A stretch of DNA of 64,000 nucleotides from Styela clava (taxonomy: Eukaryota), in assembly GCF_964204865.1 (NCBI RefSeq), contig NC_135262.1, positions 11,346,001 to 11,410,000 of the forward strand. The letters run 5' to 3'. The position numbers and the translations under genes were made by a program. Under the pieces are notes generated by a model, which saw only the letters and a program-made list of their open reading frames with translations, did no database searches and was not told where the DNA came from. This document shows positions 38,701 to 50,460 of this stretch, one piece after another. How positions within the stretch are numbered: the first letter of the stretch is position 1; each line of letters opens with the position of its first letter.

Positions 38701-41700
38701 ACAATTGAGCCCGCTCACACTTTCCTTACTTACTCACGCGTTTGAATAAAAACGACATGCAGTTCGACTGTTTGATGGAAGTGTACCTCATGAAGGAAGA
38801 GTAGAAATATATCACTCAGGAACTTGGGGAACAATATGTGATGATGGTTGGGATGAAAACGACGCAGAAGTTGTTTGTCGGATGCTGGAATTTCCTGGAG
38901 TGATATCAGCGCCTTTATATGCTTTTTACGGGGAAGGAACAGGTCCAACATGGCTCAGTGAAGTTGACTGCGCTGGAACTGAAATGTCGTTGTCGGATTG
39001 TACTCATAATTCGTGGGGCGTTCATCACTGTGGACACAACGAAGATGCGTCTGTCAAATGTTTACCTAATGGTATGTTAATGAATATTAAACGTAGAAGT
39101 GTTTGTAATGGAGATTCATATGCCGTTACGTGAAATCGTATCAGATTTTGACTGAGCGAATGTTTGATCACATATACATATCAGACCTTATAGCAACACC
39201 TGGACAAGTCAATGCGATCAGGAAAACATCTCTGTTATTAGTTCCATTCCATAATACAGAAGCTCTAGGAAATTGCCTTTCGAAGATAATTTTCGTTGAC
39301 ATGATTGCAACTTTATGTCTGAATGTTCTGTAAATAATCTGTACAATAAATTAAATGTTTTTACGCTTGTTTAGACGCATGTGAAAATGATGTATAGCGT
39401 CACACCAATGTTAGTTCCTATTTCATTTTCAAGCTAATAATTCAATTTTTATTTATAGTTCGTTTAGCTGACGGTCAACTCAACAAAGGGCGCGTGGAAA
39501 TATTTCACGCGGGTGTATGGGGAACAATATGTGATTTCGGTTGGGATATAGAAGATGCAAAAGTTGTATGTAGGGCGCTTGAGTTTCCAGGAGTTATATC
39601 TGCACTAAAATACGCGTATTATGGAGAGGGTACGGGTCAAATTTGGTTAAACAACGTCAACTGTGATGGGAATGAAGTGTCATTAGACCAATGTGCACAT
39701 AATGGTTGGGGATCACATTTTTGTTCACATGACGATGACGCGGCTGTAGAGTGTCTATCAACAGGTTTGCTGATTACTGATATTTACAAATTGTGATCGT
39801 AGTTATATATTAGATCGTAGTGTATATTATTTCAGTTATTATTTTTAGTTCAACGTCTATCTATATAATGCTTAAAATATACTATGATTTACTTTCAAAT
39901 ATCGATGATACCATGTTGTATGACGTGTAACTTTGGACTTTATCTGAAATCTGCCTTTATCGCCCATACCCCCTCTATATCATTCTAGTGGTATTTATAC
40001 TGTTATTATGATTGGTAGACTCTAAATCCTATTATGTTTGCCCAATTCAAGATCAATAAAGTGAAAACACTGTGAAATATCTTTCCCAGCAATGAACCAC
40101 GAAGAGGGACACAGAGTGGTTTGAGGGGAGCCACAATGCTAGGCGCACAACTGATTTTACTTATTCTTTGACAATAAACTCCCAGTTCTTCCTAACTTCA
40201 TTATGAAGCGCCTAGCATTGTGGCTCCCCTCAAACAATTCTGTGGCCCGTTTCGTAGGCCATAGGCTCAAGGCTGAGAACCGCTGAATAAAAGCCCGGAA
40301 CGGGCAGAATGATCGTGGGGTTCACTTGAGTCTATACCTTACAATAGCTTTGTCAAAATTGTTCTGGCCAACATGTGTCTCCACTATGGATGTAGCCTAT
40401 GTCCATCATTCAACATTGTTTACCACGATAGTGTGAATAGTTACACGTTTCACCTCTTTTATAGTTCGTATAGTAGGTGGAAATGAGATAAATGAAGGAA
40501 GGGTGGAAATATATCACGAAGGAATATGGGGGACAATATGCGATGATTCCTGGGATATTAACGATGCGGAAGTTGTGTGTAGAATGCTAGGATTTCCTGG
40601 TGCAACGTCTGCCCCTGTTGAAGCTTACCACGGGGAAGGTGGTGGTCAAATATGGCTGAGTAGCGTCTCGTGCTCAGGAAATGAACAAAGATTGGAAAAT
40701 TGTAATCACGGTTCTTGGGGGTCACATCATTGCACCCATGCTGAAGACGCGTCCGTACATTGTCTTCCTACAGGTCAGTAGACTGCTCATGTGGATAGAT
40801 TATACGATATTTCACGTCCTATTTGTATAGGAGAAACACACTATTGTTGTCTAATGTCCTGATGAGAAGGTGAACTATTACTAAATTCAAAAAGTATTGA
40901 TCGTGAATGATCTGACCAATAATTCGAAATATTTTATTATTAACTCGTACTTATTACAATGAAGATAGTTTACCGGGCGTCTATTATCTTACCAAATAAA
41001 TTCAAATCAAAATTTTTATCACTACGTATAGAAATGAGGTAAAATGTAAGCACACTAAAATTTCTAAATGTATAATAAACTAATTTCCAACTTTTTCTAT
41101 CATTGTCAAGATATATGTATTTACCAAATATATTCTCATTTTCTGTTAGCTCGACTTATTCTCGATGGAGACGAGATCAACGTCGGGAGAGTTGAGATAT
41201 ATCACGCTGAGGAATGGGGAACAATCTGCAGCAATTCATGGGGTATAAATGACGCAGAAGTTGTGTGCAGAATGATAGGCTTTGTCGGAGTAACATCTGC
41301 ACCAACATTTGCTTTCTATGGTCCTGGAACTGATCAAATATGGTTAAATAACGTTGATTGCATCGGCAATGAAAAAAGAATCGAAGACTGTCCACATAGT
41401 GGATGGAGTTTAAATAGCTGTTCCCACACATGGGACGCGTCTGCGGCCTGCTTTTCTACCGGTAAGTCTCCAGTGATCTAATCAAAAACCTTTCTAGTAA
41501 TTTATGCGAGCCCACGTAACTTTATTGATGAAACATCAAAGAATATATGGTTACCTATTGCACTCTCAAATTTCACACACATCTGAACCAGTGGTGGGAT
41601 TCAGCCGGTTCGCACCGGTTCTATAGAACCGTCGCACGGAATTTTATGAGATCAGCGAACCGGTTAGCATTAATGGTTACTGCTAATGACTTTTTGTAAC

Positions 41701-44700
41701 ACAACCGGCTGAAATATATGATTTTTGTGATGTAACCGGTTGACAAAAAATTTGAATCCCACCACTGATCTAAACTTCCTGTCCTGCTACGCTGACTTTG
41801 TAACACAATGTAACTTCGTAAACACAAATTTATAAGGCAAAAGTCGACGACCAGTCTACATCAACCCCAGCATTCATTTATAGTTAACATTTCCCTTACA
41901 TCTTGTTGGAAGCGAAACAGGTTCAACCTCCCCTGGATGTCATTCGCAATATTGTTGTCATATTTCCTTTCCTGCTTTGTTTTTTTCGTGATTGTTCGTG
42001 GTGGTCGATATGTATTGAATTGTAAGGAGATAGGGCTGGAATAAATTGGGTAGGACTTAAAAATATTTCCGGTAACATGCTGTTCTGTGTTAGGGTAGAT
42101 ATATATATATTGTTCAAAGATATTGGTTGAAGTGAGCAATATGAAGGGAGATTCATTCTATGTTCTCGGTTAGAATAAATATAATTCTCTGGCAGAATAG
42201 ATTATTTGTATAAATCGATTTTGTTATAACAGGAATGAGCACGTGGCACAACATATTCGAGATACAAATTTTATACATTATTTTTACGAGTGTATTTTGA
42301 TATTAAATGTAAAAACATGTTGAAATGATTTCATTCAAATCTAAAGCCTTCTGAAGATTAACTAGTTTTGTACCAAACTAAAGTTCACGCGAAAATATTT
42401 GATTGGGATACCGTTTTGGACTCATTGAACTCTACATAGTAGATACAACATAATCATGTCTCAAATTCTTTAAATTTGGATATTTTGTCATAAACTATTA
42501 CTGAAACGTTGCAAAAAAAGTTATGCAAAAACATGGCCAATCGTTTTTTAATCCGTACTGTGTGTTTTTAATCCGTACTGTGTGTATGTTTATGGAATTA
42601 ATTTCTCATCACAGTCCGGCTAGTCGATAGTGGCGTAGCTCACAAAGGAAGAGTTGAAATATTTCATGACGGTTTATGGGGAACAATATGCGATAGGTAC
42701 TATTGGGACATAAATGATGCAAAGGTTGTCTGTAAAATGCTGGGCTTCCATGGTGACAGTTTCACACCCGGGCCATCGTATTACGGACCAGGTACTGGTA
42801 AAATTTGGCTTTCTGATGTGCAATGCGCTGGGAATGAAGCTACTTTGGAAGACTGCGATCACGATAGTTGGGGAAACGTGGGAAGTTGCATCCATGTAGA
42901 AGATGCTTCCGTTGAATGCATTTCTAATGGTAAGATAAATATTGATTCATTATTATTATCTTCAAATTCTCTAAACGAATGTCAAATAATATGTACTGTA
43001 TATTGGTGTGTTTAAGTTCCTGTTTGTCGGCAAACGGTAAATAATTTCAAAGGTTTTACCTAGATCTGAAAACGATAATTTAATGGGTCGCAGAATTGAA
43101 GAGTATAAACCTCCAAGTAATATTCAGAACCTGCCTGATCATACATAACCTCTACAAAATAACTAGTTTGCTAACATTCGTCATCGATAACAGTGCGATT
43201 GAATAATGGAAATAATATTAACGACGGAATAGTAGAAATTTACCACGATGATGAGTGGGGAACAATATGTGATGATGAATGGGATATAAATGAGGCGAAA
43301 GTTGTTTGTAGAATGCTTGGATTTCCTGGAGCAATATCAGCACACACTGATGCAGACTTTGAAGGAGCAGCAAGCAAAATATCGCTCAGTAATGTCGAGT
43401 GTACAGGAACTGAATCGACTTTGTATGATTGCACTTACAGCGCGTCCAATTATTGTGATCGCAGCAAAGTTGCGTCCGTTGAGTGTATTCCCACGGGTGA
43501 GTTTTATTTACCAGAAAAGAAGAGGTTGACCTTCTGAATACTCACGAAGATGTTATTTTTATTGAATACATCATATGTTGTTTTTAGTGAGACTGATTGA
43601 TGGTAGTACCTCTCAAGAAGGGCGGGTTGAGATATATCATGATAATGTTTGGGGAACAATATGTACTGGTTATCGATCTTGGGACTCTGATAATGCCAAC
43701 GTCATTTGTAGAATGCTCGGGATGTCCAATGGAAAATCGTTGGAAAACGCATATTTTGGAGAAGGTTCGGGAAAAATATGGCTTTCGTATAGAATTTATT
43801 GTACCGGATTTGAAGAAACGTTGGAAGATTGTGACCATGCATCTTGGGGAGATGTCGACTGTGAACACTATACAGATATCTCCGTCCAATGTTCGATATC
43901 AATAGAAGGTATACATTTTATTACTTAGGCCTACGTACCATAGAATTACCTAAGTACCATCATAGTAGCGCTATTTCTATAAATATCCAAGTACATTGTT
44001 TTACATTTATATGAATTACAAATATATCGGTATACAGAATAAAACAAATAGATATCGGCATAATCAGCTACATAAACTTGCTCGTGTTTGAAAAGTTGGG
44101 CAAGCGCAAGACATTATCAACGACAACATACGCAGAAACGGTGCGGGGTTGTTTCGGTAAATAATGTTTTCGCTTGTCTGTTGTCGAAGCAACTGCTTGA
44201 TTTACGATTTATTCAACAGACTAACGTTAAGGTATACTTATAAATGTTTGTTCTAAGCAAATTCACAGTAAGGGGGACACAAACGGTGTGTTTTCCCCAG
44301 CTCTGAATGTCCGCAGTCTGCACAAACGCATCAAATCTGGAAAATGAATATAATAAAAAGGTAACACACAGTTGGCCAAAAAGTATTCGTATTATAAAAT
44401 TGCTCATACGAATGGCGACACACCGGCATATGCAATGATTTCTAATGACATATTCTCTCAGGCACGCACGCTACCGGCATACTAGAATAATTATCTTAAT
44501 CTGCATAGTGCCTACATCTACAGCCTACTGATGAGTTAGTTATCCGTGCTCATTTTGCTCTAGGAATGAACGAATTGAAATTCGCCAACTCCAAAATTCT
44601 AATACGCTGTGTTTTTTTTGTTTATTTGCAATTCAACACAACAATATTACGCTAATGCTCCTCACCGCAACACCTCACGACTTCCTTGCTCTTATTTTCG

Positions 44701-47700
44701 TAACCATGACAATCAGCAAAATGTCGACGGTGACGTAATAATTGAAATTTACTCAAGCATATCAGACACTTCTAATTGATTCGTTTTTGTAAGTTTGGTT
44801 CATTATTGGGATTAAAAAATCAAATACAGAAGCACATAATATTTCTAAATAACAATGACGATTCAAACTATTTTCAGTTTTATGTTAATTCGACTCTTTA
44901 GGATAGTATATAATCATTATAATATCTTTTTCTTGATAGAGTATGTTCGGAAAGTTTCGACTTTCATTCTATGCTTATCACAATTCTTTTGCAACGTAGA
45001 ACTCAATCATTTTATTTAAATCACAGATACAGAATCCGGGAACTTTTGGATTCTCGGAGTTATGTGGGGAATTATTCTAATCCTGTTGTTAATTCCCGTG
45101 TACATGTTTAGAGATTCATTACGTGAGTAATCATTATAAATACCAGCCTAATATAAATGTGTTTGCTGTCATTGTAAACACAATTATCTATACAAAAGGT
45201 ACTAAAAACATTAATGGCTAGTGCCATTTGCGCAGTTTGGACGGGACGCTTGAAGGTTAAAAAATCTCAATCGTAAAATGTTTGAATAAAAGAATTACCA
45301 ATAAGGAACGAAACCTGTTTTTTACTTTAATAACGTTCAAGTATCTAATTTCAACAGAAATCGTTACAAATTGTTAGTCAACGGCCAAGGGGCGCATTTT
45401 TAAACTTAGCCACGGGCGCAATTATACGTAGATTTACGCCACTGGTTAGAATTGAATTCTCATGATATGTATTTCAAATGAGTATAAAATTTACCCACTA
45501 CGTCAGCTCCATGAATTTCATTTGCTCAAGTTGTGTCGTTTTTGATATTTTCATTGCTTATGTTGCTGTTACTGCAATAGTATAGCCCAAGGGTCGGCAA
45601 CCCACGGCCCGCGGAGTATAATAATCCGGCCCGCGACGCTTCACTGAACTATAGCGACAAAACGGCGGTTTTGACGATGAATTAATTTTATAATCCACGC
45701 TCGAGGAGTTGATTCTATTTTTTACGTAACATAATTTATTGTGAGACACGTGTAGATTTTATTATAACCTAACTATTTAGTGAACAGCTAGCTACTCGTT
45801 TAACGAGGCTACAACTTAACTATAATTAGACAAATTTTTTTCCAAAATGAACATTACAATGAACAATTTAAGAACTCGGATTAGTGGTACCCATTTAGAA
45901 AATGTTCTAATCTTGGCTTCATCCAGTGTACCACGTGATGTCAAAAAGCTATCAACCGTGATACAATAACAAGTGTCTCATTAATTGTCATTTGTAAATT
46001 ATTTTCTTTTTATTAGGACGACTGAGTTGAGACCTTGAGTTGACGCAGTTTTCGCGAGCGACAAAAGGTTGCCGACCCCTGGTCATAGGCTATGACTATG
46101 AATAGTCAATAATATTCGATTGAATATTGTGCAATGTCAAATACTTTACCAATCATATTTTTCAGGAGAATTGCTTGAGGATATTTTTGAAATTACTTAT
46201 GATGGTACGAAAGATTTTCTTTTGTTTTAGTATGCAAATTTAGCACAAAAACCGACTAATGTGGGTGTCAAAATGAGCGTTCTGCGTTATTGAATATCAT
46301 TTAACATTTATATGTGGTACAATATCTTCTTTTGCTGCATTGCGAGTGGAATTATGAAATTTTCTTCCAAAACTGTACTCAAGCTTACACGACTTATACT
46401 TGTTTTATACTTCCAGGTTTGATATTTTTGCCTATGCTACCATACAGAACTTATAAAGCTTGCTGTAAAGGTGAGTTTTATTTGATTTTTGGTATTTTAT
46501 TACCTAGTCAATGCTAAAATTTGACTTTTATTTTTATCATCCTCAATACAGCCTACTTTACCTTTATTAATTCACTACCAACAATGTCAAGGTATCTATG
46601 TTCATAATTTCCAATATCAAAAAGCCTGAATTGGACAGTGGGAGTTCCCGCGGCAGATTCACAGTGTCGTCTTCAGTAATAAACAATGTGTTGTGAAGTT
46701 TCCTTTTATAACTAAGGTGCTTCACAGATTCTATAGTTACATTATACGATTTAACAGAAGACGATTATCCAGTCAATATGACTCCGCGGCAACCGCAAAC
46801 TCCATCCACGGCATCAGAAATAAACAGTGCCCATGTATATTGTGAGTATAATGTTACAAATGACCTTCAATAAAATATTGAGTACTGATACAAGGAGCAT
46901 AGCCAGGAATATTTAAATGGGTGTTCTGAAACATCTAATTGCCAAGTTGGACCGTAACAGCTAACGGGTCCGACCTCGGTCGGAAAACGTGGAGTCATTA
47001 GTGTCTAGACGCGTTTCAAGTTTTGAAAAATTGCTATATGTGTTAAGGGAAAATGTTTTTTTTTTCATATCAAATTGGGGGGTCAACTCGTCAAATTTAT
47101 CCTGTTGCCCTTTCTGCCGTGCGACAACAAAGTTGAATGTTGAAAATACGATAAGTTGGTTTTCCTTTATAATTAAATTTTAAAAAAATTGAATAGAATC
47201 GAGACGTATTTCCTGAAAATTCTGAAACCTAAACAAATCCTATTGTGTAATTTGTGGCTTCGGTAAGCGGATTCATATATATATATTCACAAATTTAATA
47301 TATTTTGCCGTACTTCGATATATAAAGAAATCATGAAATGTATTATTATTTTTTTTTTATTTGGAATATTAGACTTGATCTTTAATATTTTTTGGTAATT
47401 CAGATATCCAACCAAGTCCAGAATCGGTAATACGCTCAGCTCCACCTATGTCACGCAGTGAACCGTCATCTCCATCGGCGCCCAGCATTGAACATGAACC
47501 GGTAACGAACAATCCTGAAGGTATGGAATAATAAAGATTGCAGTTGAAGTATTTTCTTTTCTACATGCATTCTGTAATATTTGTAGCAATCTTACTTTGC
47601 AGGAATTTCAGAAGACAGACTTTGTGTTATCTGTCTATCAGAAGAAAAGAATGTTTTCTTTGGGCCTTGTGGTCACGTGTGTTGTTGTAATGGCTGCGGA

Positions 47701-47772
47701 ATGAGGAGTGATGTAACAGATTGTCCGATTTGCAGGAACAGAATTGAGCAAAGAAAAAGAATTTTTTTATGA
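35729..47772 (+). CDS. Type I membrane protein: signal peptide, Cys-rich region, 7 SRCR domains, TM, PSAP-containing tail, C3HC4 RING (scavenger receptor-E3 ligase), ~1014 aa
   Basis: 16 exons: 35729-35798 (signal), 37167-37313 and 38228-38320 (Cys-rich), SRCR1-7 at 38763-39071, 39459-39764, 40465-40773, 41150-41461, 42615-42929, 43194-43496, 43588-43908, TM 45027-45122, 46166-46204, 46417-46470, 46758-46841, 47404-47520, RING 47603-47772. All introns are GT-AG and phase 1; 3045 nt with no internal stop; AATAAA at 47925. Confidence 0.85.
38763..43908 (+). CDS. Array of seven SRCR-domain exons (6-Cys type, one domain per exon)
   Basis: Each exon reads approximately VRL..G...EGRVEIYH.G.WGTICD..W...DA.VVCRMLGF......YG.G.G.IWL..V.C.G.E..L..C.H..WG...C.H..DA.V.C; lengths 303-321 nt, phase 1-1. 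Confidence 0.95.
41589..41767. mobile_element. hAT-type MITE in the SRCR4-SRCR5 intron
   Basis: TIR CAGTGGTGGGATTCA / TGAATCCCACCACTG; TSD atctgaac/atctaaac (one mismatch). Confidence 0.8.
45027..45122 (+). CDS. Transmembrane-helix exon of the SRCR-RING gene
   Basis: tcacag|...|gtgagt; translates DTESGNFWILGVMWGIILILLLIPVYMFRDSL, a 22-residue hydrophobic run followed by Arg. Confidence 0.85.
45588..46081 (+). mobile_element. Charlie-like hAT deletion derivative in the intron after the TM exon
   Basis: TIR caagggtcggcaacc / ggttgccgacccctg; transposase C-terminal remnant FSKMNITMNNLRTRISGTHLENVLILASS at ~45838-45925. Confidence 0.8.
47603..47772 (+). CDS. Terminal RING-finger exon (C3HC4, LRSAM1/IAP-like)
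   Basis: ctttgcag| translates GISEDRLCVICLSEEKNVFFGPCGHVCCCNGCGMRSDVTDCPICRNRIEQRKRIFL*. Confidence 0.93.
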
Positions 47773-47924
47773 ATACACAGTACAAAAACACAGAAACATT
47801 TTACTTCACATCGTAACAAAAATGCTATGCTTAGTGTTATGTTACAAAATTCTACATAAAGTTTTATAACTTTTTGTATGTAACTTCCAAGGCAATGACT
47901 TATGTTGTGGTATTCTGTTACACT

Positions 47925-47930
47925 AATAAA
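47925..47930 (+). terminator. Candidate polyadenylation signal of the SRCR-RING gene
   Basis: AATAAA ~150 nt after the stop codon. The context is AT-rich, so this is only a candidate. Confidence 0.45.
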
Positions 47931-48190
47931 AATATATTATCTAACGTTTTACGGACTATTTTGGATATTTTGAATACTTTATATAACGTAATATATTTAT
48001 ATAATGTATTCGAATACAATAATATGTGGGCAATAACAGCGTATTTGTGTTATGAACATCTATGGTTACAGGCATGCGCAAGATTTTGTCAGTTGGTAAA
48101 CTTTGAGCCGGTAGCTTTTAGGTCGATTGTAAATGTTTATCGTCAATAATCAAACGATCAATCATTATAAAATCTGTTTATACTCTAGCA

Positions 48191-50450
48191 CAGGGGTGGG
48201 CAGCATACGGCCCGCGACGAGATTTTGACCGGCCCGCTGACTGTATCCAACCACACTATGTTATGTGGTCTGACGCGTCATTCCTGAAAGTTGCCGATCG
48301 CTCTACTTTCACCGCACTGCCAGTGCGATCTGGTGAAATAAACAATTTCTTTAGTGAACAAACAATTGCGTTAGCACACTTGTTAAACAAACAATTTAAG
48401 GTCAAAGCAGAGAGCGTTGTAAACATTCCCCACTACTGTTATCAGTTATATTTAGATTCTAAATATAAACAGTTTTAGAAATTAGATTTTTTATTAAGTT
48501 TTATTAACCATGGAATATCCCAAGTAACGTAAAGTTGACAGAGAGTGTCGAGCATTTAACAAAGATTGGATACCGAAGTATTTTTTGTAATAATCCGGCT
48601 CGCCGAGGACTTCATTTTCCCACATCCGGCCCGCCGACTAGAGAAGTTGCCCACCCCTGCAGTCCAGCACAAGGCTTCTCAACCTTTTTCCTGGTAAGTA
48701 TACCCTAGAGTCGTGAAATAATAAACCCGAACTCCCAATAATCAGACACCAAACAAAGTTTTAATATATATGGACCAACAATTTTTCAAATTGTATTGTA
48801 AAGAATATTACCAAAATTATTTATTTCATTTATACAAAACATAAATGTGAAGGCTGTCCATGTGTATTGCGAATTAGTTTCTCAATACGAGGAAAGATTT
48901 TAGTCAGACAAACAACACATTGTCTTCGGAAATTTTACATTTTGGTTGCAAACCCATGGACTTCACATTCTTGCGTCACAACAGCGCAGGATCGGGGAGA
49001 ATATACACTGAGTGTTGATCGGCACGCATTTCCCCTGGGTAGTAAAGGATATTAAAAAATAGCAACACATGAAAACTCAACCACCATTCAAGTACCCCTG
49101 GAAATCTTCCAGTGAACCCCTGGGGGTTCGCGAACCCCAGGTTGAGAATGGATTAGACTTACCCCAGAGGTGACGAACCTGCGGTCCGCGGGCCGCATGC
49201 GGCCCGCTAAAGAATTTTGTGCGGCCCGCGAAGCATTCAGACGATTCAGTTTATGTTTGGCTTGAAGTCATAAACCTTTAAAGACTGTACATATCAAACG
49301 GGAGCGCCAGTATTACCTATATTACTGACAACGCTATTTGCAATACATCTTGTTTTGTTGGATCAACAATGAATCAAAATAACCGATGTCTTAGCCTAGT
49401 TACGTTGGCTTATCAACAAACGCATAAGGATTAGGGGAAAAGGGGTTACCTCACTTTGCGAAAACCTAATGTTTCGGAGCACGATTCACGGGACATCTAA
49501 AAGTAATGAAAAGTTTATAGCTTCAGCTCAATGATTAAAATAATGGGAGATCTTGAATAAATGCCTGCATTTCGAAAATCAGTTAATCGTTACAGGATGG
49601 ATTCGTTTATTTAACTTCTGTATGCGGAAGCTTGCAAAATACGGCTCTTTTGTACGAAGCCCTCGCCACTAATGTGAAATTTGTTGACGACAAATCTGAG
49701 TCTATTTAAAATGTTTTGTTTTATATTAATTCAATTGTGTGTTAATGTAACCTGCGGTTGCGTCGACAAAATATAAACATTACTATGAAATATCACGACC
49801 ATACAAAGTGTTTCAGACAGCCCGATTATATTTAGTTTTGATTCGTATTTCAGCGATGTTGAGAATTATAAAAACTTGATGTGTTCTTGCAACACTGACT
49901 CCGCGTTATCATAATACTACCACCCAAGATTATTTTCGAGATATCAACGTTAGAAAAATCCCTAGGTCTGCGATGAAATATTAAACTCTATAATTTAGTA
50001 GTACAATATAAATTGATTGTACAGTGATACCTCGGTAGTCGACAAAAACATTCGAGTCAAGAATGCTTCGTTTTTCGAACGGAAATTCAGATCTCCAACA
50101 GCCGAGCGGAGCGCGCGGCCGAGTGAGATGACAGGTCAAGACTGACGGACGAAAATCTTGGTATGTAGTTTAGAGATTCCAAATCGTCATTTCGTCCTAA
50201 TATGAAGCGCTTAGTAAAGCAAAAAACTTTCCAAAACTTTCACTAAGCAAAACCTGAATTGAATGTTTTATTTTTATTTTATACTGCAATATATGATTAG
50301 ATAACTTTATCATTATGGATGCTGTTGTTCGTTTCTGTTGATGAAAATTAATAGGCATCATACTATATATGACTAAAAAGTTGTGCGGCCAGTTTACTCA
50401 GCGGTAACTGATAAAATGGCCCGCGAGAGCAAATGGGTTCGTCAACCCTG
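48191..50450. mobile_element. Cluster of adjacent hAT/Charlie-like MITEs (48191-48659, ~48670-49150, ~49164-50450)
   Basis: End pairs caggggtgggca/tgcccacccctg, ttctcaacct/aggttgagaa and cagaggtgacgaacc/ggttcgtcaaccctg; subterminal cggcccgc motifs. Confidence 0.75.
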
Positions 50451-50460
50451 ACTTAGACTC

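Noticed and set aside
38321-38762. Possible second U12 intron (tttccttac upstream of the SRCR1 acceptor) or intronic poly(A) site at 38745
   Set aside because: The donor is GTATAG, not GTATCC, and the AATAAA is not conserved in the paralog.
41846-42140. Minus-strand ORFs in sequence shared with 59888-60200, a possible nested gene
   Set aside because: The frame is not preserved in the paralog and there is no recognisable domain; the similarity is explained by the tandem duplication.
1029-47772. Functional clustering of ubiquitin-related genes (ZFAND5/6 with SRCR-RING), or ESRP control of the neighbouring receptor
   Set aside because: Adjacency alone is not evidence in an animal genome, and no obvious UGGUG clusters were seen around the receptor exons.
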